DNA from: Narcine bancroftii
Lineage: Eukaryota
Assembly: GCF_036971445.1 (NCBI RefSeq)
Contig: NC_091471.1
Location: forward strand, 169,756,001-169,820,000
Direction: 5' to 3'
Length of the DNA stretch: 64,000 nt
Shown here: one piece after another, positions 13,109 through 23,590 of the stretch
How the letters are laid out: every line of letters starts with the position of its first letter
Numbering within the stretch: the first letter of the stretch is position 1
Translations under genes and position numbers: made by a program
Notes under the pieces: generated by a model
Databases searched by the model: none
What the model saw: the letters and a program-made list of their open reading frames with translations, nothing else
What the model was told of the DNA's origin: nothing

Positions 13109-13479
13109 TGTAATATGGAGAATTGTGTGTCACATGATCGTACTGATGGATACCTAGTTGGAAGTCGCCTCCCCTATCAATCAAGGTTAAGCTCCACCAG
13201 CAGATTAGTGCACACCTGACCATTAGCCCCTTTAATCACCTAACCCATACCTGGCCAGACTCTTCAGCCGATTGTAATGCAAGGTCCACCACACATGGGC
13301 CACCTCCCTCCTTGTCCCCTGGGATGAACTCCAGGTCCACTCCAGGTTGTGAACAGTGATCAGTGATCAGGTGTGCATTAACCTGTGGGTGGAGCTTCAC
13401 CTTGATTGTCAATTGAGGTGATTTTCGACTAGTTACCCATTGACAGAATCACGTGAAGCACATAATCCTCCATATTACA
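13109..13479. mobile_element. Non-autonomous element with ~115-bp terminal inverted repeats and TGT..ACA ends (Ginger-like or LTR-derived)
   Basis: tgtaatatggag (13109-13120) is the exact reverse complement of ctccatattaca (13468-13479). The imperfect arms extend to about 13222 and 13364. Flanks are ctcat and cttat. Confidence 0.8.
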
Positions 13480-14744
13480 CTTATATAGAAGTTTGAGAGT
13501 ATTTGGCAACATCCAAATCTCAGACGACAACCCCTTTTTAATTTCATGGTATTAAACAAACTTTCTCCCTTGTTCAGATCTCCATGGTCATAAACCAGGA
13601 AAGTGTGGGTGCTGTGTGCTTCCTTTGATCTCATTTCAGAGTGTTTGCTCTTTCCAGATCAGAGCTGACACAGGCTCACTCCAAGTTCAAATCAAGTATC
13701 CCTGATAGTTCAGGGAATAGAAAATGACCATGAAATCTTTCAGATTTTGCTCAGAGTCCAATTGGCTCACTGACATATTCTGACATTCTTAGTTTCACAT
13801 CACATGTTGCTTTTTTGGCAAGTTTGAAAGAGCAATAAATGTTTCAAACTCCAGTGCCAAGAGTACTTTCTATATTAATTATTCATTGTCCTGAAGATTG
13901 ATGAAAACATTGATGTTTTGGCTTGTGTTCATTCCTTCATCCTCTTTTACATATGGTTCACAAACAAGAAATGAAAAGCATGAAGGGGAACTTGCAGTTT
14001 ATGGAATGCACCTGACTGGTACTGCATTACACTTGCTATTGATCACTCACCCACACCCAGTTTCCCAGTGGAGTGATGAAGAGTGTGAGTGGGCCAGGGC
14101 AACTGAGAGAGTTAAATGCGGAGGCAGAGTCTGGGGTTGGCTTGTAATCCTAGGATAAGATATTTCTATCACAGCCGTGTGAATCCGTAGAGATTCTCGA
14201 AAGATGGTCAATGACTCTGTGACTCTTTAAGATTATGCCTGGAACATAGATGGAGGATTGGCAGCTTGAGTGGAAGAGCTTTCTCCATTTGCGGCAGTGT
14301 GGTAGCTGTCTGAAGAAACATTGTTAGCCTGAGAGTCTATGGTATTTCCAGGCTGATTTGAGGAAAGATATCACCTGTTTCGGAGGCCCAAGAAATGTTC
14401 CATTCTCCATCTTGGATAGTACGCATTCCATCATGGAAAACTTTGATAGCCTATTGGCAATGGATGATCTTCTGATCTGTATGTGGCAGAAGTTACTGGA
14501 CACTAGGGCTTTGGGTCCACTGGAGAATTCTGGTCCGCTATTTTCGTATAATTGGCTGTAAATGATGTTGCAAAGCATAACCTGAATCTGAACACCTCTC
14601 AGGACAGGGTCATGTGATGCTTTCAAATGCATGCACATCTGCAATGTTATTTGGCAGGCTGCACTCGCATACCCCAAATCCCTTCTCTTATAGGTGTTAG
14701 GGCCTTAAGATTAGGATCACCTCAAACACCAAAGAGAAAGACAA

Positions 14745-14970
14745 ACCATATTTTTACATAGCATTCTCAGGATATTCTGCAGCACTCTACAGAAAATGTA
14801 TTTTGGTCACCGGTGTAATGTCCGCATTACAGAACCAATTTGGACAGTTAATTTCCTTTGCTTATAAAAGTCTGACGGGCAGACGGTCCATTTTTAATAA
14901 TCTTCATTGAGGGATAAATATTGGAATGGACAATCAAGAGCAATTTTTATTCTTTCTTTAAAATGAGGGA
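14745..14970 (-). mobile_element. Ancient Deu-domain SINE (SacSINE1/AmnSINE1-like)
   Basis: Contains ttgagggataaatattgg and gtcacc..tgtaatgt...ccaatttg, which match the Deu-SINE core as I recall it. Confidence 0.55.
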
Positions 14971-16103
14971 TAACCAGGGGGACGCTTAGTCAATGAAATC
15001 ACAGTCCTTGCCAAGGGGGGGGGGGGTGGGGTGGGAAATGATTCAGTTGAAGGTTTGCAGTGAAGAAATAAGTAGAAGATACAGGAAAGTGGGCAGATGC
15101 TGGGCTGACTTTCTGTTCTAAACACCCTCAGACAGACAGACTAGGGAGCAGAACGGTACACACCTTCTGTTAAAAGCTTGGATATTAGGGTGAGATGATG
15201 AGCGGGAAGCAATGGAGATATCATGATGTTTAGCCTCCATGCATGAGGAAGGAAATTGGCTTTCTTTTGGCTGACAAGTATACTCATTGTATTAGATTAA
15301 TACCTATTGATTTTTGAAACCTCATGTTAACTTTATAAAGAACAAACTGACCTGAAAACTAATTCTTCCAATAAAATTTGAATGACATTTTAATAAAAAT
15401 CTCAAAGGAAGACGAAGATTGATCTGTTTCAATAATTCACAAATTAAAAATGAGGAGTTGTGGAAATAATGACAAATTCTACTTATTTCCCCCACCTGAG
15501 ACCTCCCAACTACCCAACAAATCAATCCCTGATTAATGGATGGTTTGATAAAGATGACCTGCAGAAGGTTGCTAACATTTTTCATTTTATTTCAAATCTG
15601 CAGAATCTGCAGCGTTCTGCTATTTCATAAGGATGTATTTCATAGATATTCAAAAAAGGACAGCAAGGTCTCCAGTTTGCATCTTATATTTGTGGAAGAG
15701 CCCTCAATGTAAATTATTATCTCCTTATCTTTGGTGATGTCAGAAACACATATTACAAGAAAATTAAGGGTTGTGTAATTGCTCTTGGACTGTTTAAAAA
15801 TACCTCCTAACCTATCCTGTGATAACCCCAGAATAATAGCATTATGTACGTACAATATCAGAGAAAAAAATGTTATATTTTTTTATTTTCAATATATTTC
15901 CAATTACACAATTTGCAATAGGAATGAAATTGTAAATGAGATGCAAGAAACACTTTGGTTATGATAGAGTTTGCATTTAGTTATTGCCTCATCTCATCGT
16001 CAAGATATCAGAAATTCACCAGAGATTAATTTTTCAAGCAGAATGTTCTCCACAGAGCATTCCCCATGCCTCCCCACATTATTCATACAACTCTCCCCAC
16101 GCA

Positions 16104-16495
16104 ACTCTCCACAGTACGCTCCATGACACTCTCCACAGTACGCTCCATGACACTCTCCACAGTACGCTCCATGACACTCTCCACAGTACGCTCCATGACA
16201 CTCTCCACAGTACGCTCCATGACACTCTCCACAGTACGCTCCATGACACTCTCCACAGTACGCTCCATGACACTCTCCACAGTACGCTCCATGACACTCT
16301 CCACAGTACGCTCCATGACACTCTCCACAGTACGCTCCATGACACTCTCCACAGTACGCTCCATGACACTCTCCACAGTACGCTCCATGACACTCTCCAC
16401 AGTACGCTCCATGACACTCTCCACAGTACGCTCCATGACACTCTCCACAGTACGCTCCATGACACTCTCCACAGTACGCTCCATGACACTCTCCA
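16104..16495. repeat. Perfect 24-bp minisatellite (actctccacagtacgctccatgac) x16.3
   Basis: Read directly. No substitutions are seen between units, and it explains the HSTLHDTL and GECHGAYC pseudo-ORFs. Confidence 0.98.
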
Positions 16496-16689
16496 TTTGT
16501 GGTACATTGGAAAGACTCTCTCTGTCTCCACCACACTCTCCCCCACATTGTCCTGAGACAGAGTCTGTCTCTCTCACAACACTCTTGTGTGGTTCCTGGA
16601 GACACTCTCTCTGTCTCCCCACAGCACTCTTGACATGGTCATGTGTAATGTCTGTCTCGCTCCACACACATCAGTCTCTGACCTTCTAT

Positions 16690-17065
16690 CTGTTGCAGCC
16701 AACATCATTAAGGATCCCCATCACTCTAGTCACAACCTCTACTCACTAATACCTTTGGGTAGAAGGGACAGAAGCCTGAACATCAAGCTTCTGTGGAGAA
16801 CAATTGTTTCTAATAGCTATCAGGCTCTGAACTTCCCCCTTGTTACAATAATCATGAACTACTCCAATATCTCAGAAGGACCTGACTCCACTATTATTCC
16901 ACCTTTTAAGTGCAGGATGCAACTGTGAATATTTATTATATATGATTTGTGTGCATTATCTCTTTATAATTGAATGCATACTGTTGTAGTTTTTGTTGAT
17001 AAAATACCTGTTTGGCTGCAGCAAGTAGGTATACGAGAATTATCTCATTATCTATCATTATCATT
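16690..17065 (+). mobile_element. Rex1-like LINE 3' end
   Basis: AANIIKDPHHSSHNLYSLIPLGRRDRSL, similar to the other Rex1 C-termini. Confidence 0.7.
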
Positions 17066-18084
17066 TTCATTCAAGGTAGCATCTCAAACCATTAAACCTT
17101 ACTTCATATCACACTACACATCTGTTCAAGTCTCTCAGCAGAATCAAAGGCTTCCACCCCAGAGATTCAATGGATTAAAATGAATTTGAACTGAAGGACA
17201 GATTGTCATTGTTTTTGAGAAGGGACAGGCTCACAATATTTGTGCTACTGAATAACATCATAACACACTGAGCTGTTGATGATGTTGTACGGTTGTTTGA
17301 ACTTTTCAACCTATATTGATTAGTCCAGCTAAAAAATGGTATTTATTTTTCCTTGAACAATTTTACACACACAAATCCTTGGGAACAAGCCAAAAGTTGG
17401 GAGTCAATCCACAGACCACAATGTCAAAAAAAAGTCGGGCCTTGCTTACATGATTGGTGGCATCACCTGAACCATCAGTTCAATTTCATTGAGCAAACAA
17501 TGAGGGATTCAGCGCCTCAGACAGCATCCATGGGTAGAAATGTTCGGTTAATGTTTCAGGTTGGGACCCTTATTAAGGGGAGAAGTAAAGACATTAACTT
17601 TATCAAGGAGTTGAAGAAGCTGGCAAAGGGCCAATAATATTGGAGAGGTGGAGATCACTGGGAGTGGGGAATGTTCGAGATAAATTTAGGGAAAAGCGTA
17701 GTTAAACAGTGTAACAAGATGGACCTGGGTTACTGAAATTTGGAAAAAATTATGTTAATAGTTTGGTTTAAAGAATTCAATTTAATTCGCATAGCTGTGT
17801 ACTGCATTTTAGAGAGGTCCCAAACATCAACAGATTAAGCCACTCTATCCTTTAATCCTCGAACTGCCTTGCCAAACCATTATTTTGCATGGAATTTTAA
17901 AAAAAAAATCCGTATAAATACACACAGTTATGGATCTACACCACAATCTTACTGGGAAGTTATTTCTATGGATCCTGGGTATTCAATTTTATTCAAAAAT
18001 TACAAAGGAAATTACAACTTGTTCAAAATTGAGACATTAGATCATTTATGGCATTTCAGTGATCAAGGAAACTCCACCAACATT

Positions 18085-18872
18085 AGTGTGGCTAACTTGA
18101 TGAGGGACTCCCTTGTCCACTCCTCCCTCCCCACCAGTCATCCCCTTGGGACCTACCCCTGTGACTGGATGAGATGTTCCACTTGCACCCACACCTCCTC
18201 CCTCACCAATGTTAAGTGCCCCAAACAGTCCTTCCAAGTGAAGCAACATTTAACTTGTGAATCTGCAGGGATCATCTACTGCATCTGGTGCTCCCATTGT
18301 GGTCTCCTCTACATCAGAGAGAATGGACACAGACTGGGAGATAAACTTCCCAGTAAGATTTGTTGAGCACCTTAGCTCTCTCCTCCACAATAGCGTGGAT
18401 TTCTTAGTGGCCACCCATTTCAATTCTCCATCCCATTCCCTTGCTGATATGTTAGTCCATAGTCTCATGCACTGCCAGATGGAGACCACCCACAACTTGA
18501 GGGCAAAACCCTTAAACTCTGGCTGGGAACCCTCCAATTCGATGGCATTAATATCGACTTCTCTGGCTTTCATTTAAAAAACCACCCCTCCCCACCCCCT
18601 GCTTCCCCGTCATCTTTCCAATTACTGTCTCCTTTTGCACAGACATGATAAATTCTACCTAGTCCCTTATCACATTCAATTGACACCTTTTGTTGCTCTG
18701 GATTCCTCCCCCTTGTTTGAATTCTGAGACTTTCTGATATATCCTGATTCTGCCTTTTCTGATTATTCCTTGAAGAAGGGCTCAGGCCCGAAATGTCAAC
18801 AATATATCTTTCTCTCCTATAGATGCTGAAAAGACCAGCTGATCTCCTCCAGCATTTCGATGTTTTTTTTCT
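18085..18872 (+). mobile_element. Penelope-like element 3' fragment: GIY-YIG endonuclease plus terminal region
   Basis: GTYPC...RCSTC...HLTCESAGIIYCIWCSHCGLLYIRENGHRLGD / RFVEH..VATHFNSPSHS is a PLE GIY-YIG domain with Cys/His motifs. It is followed by a hammerhead-like core at 18770-18797. Confidence 0.9.
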
Positions 18873-19829
18873 GAAACCACTGAATAAAACCATAACCCAC
18901 TTGATGGCACATTTAATTTGTAACAGAATACTCCTTAAGCTTCTGCTCTATCTTGCAACAGCGTTAGGAGCAAGAACTGATGCAATATTGGAAAATCAGC
19001 TGTTTTTGGGTTATCCACAAAGGAACATGAAGGGACAATGGTTTCAATGTATGACTAAGCAAGTCATCACAAAAGATGTCCATAGAGAGGTTAATTCATT
19101 TCAATTTATTTAATATACTGCATATATATCAGGGAGTGTGATGAAAAGTTTGTACAGGCCAAGCAAAAATAAATTTTAATACCATTACAAAGTGCTTTAT
19201 GAGGTGGGCGGGAGGGGTGGTTGTGGGGAATTCATATGATGGTTTTAATGGTCTTTTTATTTGTAGTTTGGGACTATTGTGCTTTTGCTTTTGGGAATAT
19301 CTTGGTCCCTTAAAAAAAAGTTTCTTAGTCTGTAGTTGAAGGAAATTTAACTGAATTCCATACCATACAACGTAATCATTCCTTTGTTCAGGAAATTGAA
19401 GTAGATAGAATGACAAATGGAGTGGTATGAACCAGGGTGGTTACCAGTTGTGTGAATGTAGGTAGAATTTTAACCTGGGTCCAATTTGGACTGCAGTAAA
19501 ATTAATTTTTAGTTCGACTGCCTTAAATCTACATTCTGAGGAATGCAGCAAGTGAAGCAAAACCAATTTCAAAAAATATAAGATGTGGTGTAAAAAAAAA
19601 ACACAAATTTGTTAGATCCATTTTATGCCACAGAAAAGATCAAATATTTAAAATCTTTCTATAAATATGTAGCCATTGTGCTACACATACTGAGGACAAT
19701 TTTTGAACATTCTTGTTTTCATACTTTCCCAATTACAATTCCTTAAAACCTCCCTTCCAGCCACCCTCCAAAAAATTAGGTTCATTATTGATCATTTTTG
19801 ACTTATCCAAAGGTACTCATCTCCGTACC

Positions 19830-20065
19830 TCTTGAGTGGGTTCAGATTCCTTTTGAAAACTTGAACATACAATTCAAGTTGATACGTGCATCCCTGGAAG
19901 TGCTGTACTCTGAAATACTTGTCTTTCAGATTTTATGTTCAACTGAAACACTGCTTGTCCTCTCATTGGCACTAATTTAAAGAGAAGTGTACTCCAAAGT
20001 ATTCAAAGTAAATCGGTTTCAACCACCATCACTAAAGCAGATGATGTGATATTGTCGCATATAAA
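19830..20065 (+). mobile_element. Ancient Deu-domain SINE (SacSINE1-like)
   Basis: gggttcagattcc..acttgaacatacaattcaagttgata...gtgctgtact...gtctttcagat...tggcacta...caaccaccatcactaaagcagat follows the Deu-SINE layout. Confidence 0.55.
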
Positions 20066-20429
20066 AATAATTGCCTCACTTCTTACAAGAGTTGACTGTA
20101 AAACGTAAAATATAAGTGCAGGAGGAACAATGAGTCAGGCAGCATCTACGGAGAGAATTTGACATCAGAACTGAGAGGTGGCCAATATAAAGAGGTGCGG
20201 GATATGGTGAGGCAGGAGCTGCCAAGAGATGGGTGGATCTAGATGAGGAGACTTTGAAGGGCAATTGGAGCAAGATAGGGGACAGAAGGATGGAGAGAGG
20301 GGCAGAGTCTAGGAAGTCATGAGTGGAGGCAACAAAGAATTGATGATGATGGAATCTGATAAGGAAGGACAGTGATGATAGAACCAGATGTGGGAGGGAT
20401 GGTAAACAGATAGCAAGAGTATGTAGTCA

Positions 20430-20800
20430 ATAGAACCATAGAGCACAGGGACAACCCCTTCAACTCATAATGTCTGTGTAGAACATGATGCCAAAGTAAA
20501 CAAAATCTCCTCTGCCTGTAGATAATACATATCCCTCTATTCCCTGAATATTTGTGCCCATCTAGGAGCCTTTTAAATGCTACTATTGTATCTGCTTCCA
20601 CCATTACTCATAGCAGTCCGTTCCAACCACCTACTGTTCTTTGTGTAAAACACTTTCCCCCACATCTCCTTTCAACTCTTCCCCTTCAACTTAAACATGT
20701 GTCTCGAGTATTTGGCATTTTGGCTGCCTCTCATAACTTTGGGAATATCTACCAAGTCTCCCTTCAGCCTTCAGTGTTTCAGAGAAAACAGTCATCTTTC
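20430..20800 (-). mobile_element. CR1 3' end flanked by inverted Penelope terminal fragments (about 20115-20160 and 20808-20877)
   Basis: VEADTIVAFKRLLD C-terminus and tagaaccatagagcac tail. Confidence 0.75.
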
Positions 20801-21287
20801 TTACCATTCCTGACAATGTTTCAGCCCAAACTGTTGACTGTTGCTTTTAACAGAAGCTGCTTGACCTGCTGAGTTGACATAGAACTGAACATTGCAGCAC
20901 AGTAAGGCACTTGAGCACACAATGTTGAGCCAACTTATGTAAACCTACTCCATAACAAGTATTTTACATGCTACCACATCACATCATCTGTTGTTGCCCC
21001 AGGAGAAAGGTGCTGGCTGTTTACCTATTTACCCCCTCATATAATCTCATATATAATCTCTATGGCAGGGGTGGCCAAATCTGCTTAACATGAGATCCAC
21101 ATACGATAAACTTCAGATGTTTGAGGCCCACAAGACATGAAAAAAATACTATCTAAACATTCTTACTCTTACATGCACATTTTGTAACAAAAATATTAAG
21201 AAATACATGTACATAATAATATTTATTAATGTATGTAGTTTTTAAACTGCTAATTTGGATAGGTATTAGTTTCAATAACCAAAATGT

Positions 21288-21456
21288 NNNNNNNNNNNNN
21301 NNNNNNNNNNNNNNNNNNNNNNNNNNNNNNNNNNNNNNNNNNNNNNNNNNNNNNNNNNNNNNNNNNNNNNNNNNNNNNNNNNNNNNNNNNNNNNNNNNNN
21401 NNNNNNNNNNNNNNNNNNNNNNNNNNNNNNNNNNNNNNNNNNNNNNNNNNNNNNNN
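21288..21456. other. Assembly gap (169 N)
   Basis: Run of n. Confidence 1.
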
Positions 21457-21544
21457 ATAATCAAATTTTGTGGACCAATATTTAGGGTAAAGTTTAGGGG
21501 GTCGAATATTACATGCATACCACTTTTGACCATGGTAAGTACCT

Positions 21545-22050
21545 GGGGTGTTGGGAGCTCAGATGGGCGGGCGGCTGGGGCCTAGGTGAGAGCCTGCAGT
21601 CAGGGCATCAGGAGCTCAAATGGGAGGGTGGTCAGGGTATCAAGTGCTGAGATGGGAGGTCAACTGGTACATTGGGTGCTCAGATGGGAGACAGGCAGGT
21701 GGCCAAGATTGGGTGGCAAGTCTGTGTTCGAATCATCGGGAGCACGGATGGGTGGGCGGGTGGCTGGGACTGGGTGGTAAGCCGTGTTGAAGATGTTGGG
21801 ACCTCAGATGGGCAGGTGGGCGGGGCCTAGGTGGGGGTTCGTGGACAGGGCATCAGGAGCTCAGATAGGTGGGTTGTTGCAGTGTCAGGAGCTGAGATGG
21901 GAGAGCGACTGGGGCATCAGGAACTCAGATGGCAGGTGACCTTGTCCTTGTTGAAAGACAGCAATTGGGGTATCAGGAACTCAGATGGGAGGGTGGCTGA
22001 ATTGAGGGTTCACAGTTGGGGCTTCGGGAGCTCAGATAGGAGGGAAGTTT
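21545..22050. repeat. Diverged G-rich minisatellite (core ggagctcagatggg) inside the hAT element
   Basis: More than ten variants of ggagctcagatgggcgg / ggaactcagatgg at irregular spacing. Confidence 0.8.
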
Positions 22051-22231
22051 GGATTACACTTACATTCTGCTAATTTCACTGCCCTCAGCATAGCCAAAGG
22101 CGCCACAATCATGGGATCATAAGTCATGCCCATTAACACGACACAGCCAACATATTATTGCAAGCCGCACATTCATATCAAAGAGCTGCATGAGACTCAT
22201 GAGCTGTGGTTTGGCCATCCCTGCTCTATGG

Positions 22232-22575
22232 CGATCATACCACACTATGATGCAGTTATTCAATAGTGCTCCTGTAGAAAGATGATGTGATGATTGCCAG
22301 AAGCTTTGCCCGCTTCAGTCTTCTCAGGAAATGCAGTCACTGTTACATCTTCCTGACAAGTGAGGAGATGTTGATTACCAATGATAGGCCAATTATTAAC
22401 TGGACTCCGAGGAACTTGGTGCTTTCTAATCTCTGCACTTCCAAGCTATTAAAGTGTAGTGGAGAGTGGTTGTTCCTGGTCCTCCTGAAGTCCATGTTCA
22501 TCTCCTTCATTTTGTCCATATTGAGACTCAGTTTGGTATTCTCGCAACATATCACAAGATTTTCCTCCTCTTTAG
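22232..22575 (-). mobile_element. Rex1-like LINE internal fragment
   Basis: LSLNMDKMKEMNMDFRR..STKFLGVQ. Confidence 0.75.
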
Positions 22576-22583
22576 TGCATTGT

Positions 22584-23590
22584 TGTTACATGGAGGAAAT
22601 CACAACAGGGCATCACATTCATTCACTCACACACACAAAGAAACTATACACAATTCATGCACATCGGACACTAGTTAATCACTGATAATCACAACTCCCA
22701 ATTGTGAAAAACAAGGCTTAAACAAACAGTACCCATCATCCACAGGCATGGTTTTGCACATAACTACAGAATCTAATTGCACAGATATCAAGAATAAGAC
22801 ACAACAGTTCTTTCTAGGTATGCACCACAATAGCCCCCCTACCTTGTATTGGTACACACCTGACTCTCCAGTGTCACCCATGGCTCGCAACCTGGAGTGG
22901 AGCTAGGGTTCATTCTCAAGGGAAAAAAAGTCAGAGCTGCTCCATGTCGTGGGCTTTATATTGTTGCTGGCTGGAGGGACCAGTTCATGTATACCCAAAT
23001 GAGGCAAGATGTTCACGAGAGCCATTTGTAGTGTGGGCCCCCCACCTGGGGATGGGCCAATCTTGACTGACATGGGGAAATGACTTTCGACCTGCCTGGT
23101 CAGATGCTTCCCCAGAAGAAGCACATGGAAATTCCTTGTTCAGAGCAGTTTCCTGTCCAACCTGTTGGATAACCCTCCAGATACGGTGATCATTTATCCT
23201 GTCCAACCTGTTGGATGACCCTCCAGATACAGTGATCATTTATCTGTCCAACCTGTTGGATAACCCTCCAGATAAGATACAGTGATAATTTATCCTGTCC
23301 AACCTGTTGGATAACCCTCCAGATACAGTGATAATTTATCTGTCCAACCTGTTGGATAACCCTCCAAATACAGTGATCATTTATGGTCTTGATCCCTTGC
23401 TGAATGGGCCTGTCTATGAATCTTCTGTGCATACCCCCACTTTGCCTTCCTGATTGCATGGGAGTGATCAGCCCTCTTTATTGGAATGAGAATCACCTAA
23501 CAATTGTGTTGGCTCATGGCAGCAAAATACTCGGCTTGTAGAAAGTAATTCCACATTGCTTTTGTATACAGGGCTACACAGAGTGTAACA
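22584..23590 (-). mobile_element. Probable solo LTR (about 1 kb) with internal direct repeats
   Basis: Termini tgttaca (22584-22590) and tgtaaca (23584-23590) are perfect inverted repeats. A TATA-like aatataaag lies on the minus strand near 22954-22962, with a 46-bp array upstream of it. No TSD was found. Confidence 0.45.
23151..23384. repeat. Five ~46-bp tandem repeats, each containing the dyad TCCAAC-CT-GTTGGA
   Basis: Units start at 23151, 23197, 23243, 23293 and 23339. Confidence 0.95.

Larger units (their letters stand above)
12450..13520 (-). mobile_element. Rex1-like LINE 3' part hosting a Penelope fragment and a long-TIR element
   Basis: ttattgtcatatac tail, agcctgatagctgttgg and ccaggccatgatgcaaccagtc (CIMAW) motifs. 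The element resumes at about 13485 (tagaagtttgagag). Confidence 0.7.
21066..22223. mobile_element. hAT (Charlie/Buster-type) non-autonomous DNA transposon spanning the assembly gap
   Basis: TIRs caggggtggccaaa / tttggccatccctg (13/14 match). Perfect 8-bp TSD ctctatgg at 21058-21065 and 22224-22231, with a central TA. Confidence 0.9.

Noticed and set aside
13950-14700. Possible very old L1/Tx1-like coding remnant on the minus strand
   Set aside because: Only faint motif resemblance; too degenerate to call without a search.
15984-16749. Long ORFs in five frames with HSTLHDTL / CGECHG (CxxCH-like) repeats
   Set aside because: These are a by-product of a stop-poor 24-bp tandem repeat. There is no splice or promoter context, and the heme-motif look-alike is coincidental.
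23151-23384. Palindrome-containing repeats suggestive of a CRISPR array
   Set aside because: The units are contiguous with no unique spacers, there are no cas genes, and the context is vertebrate.
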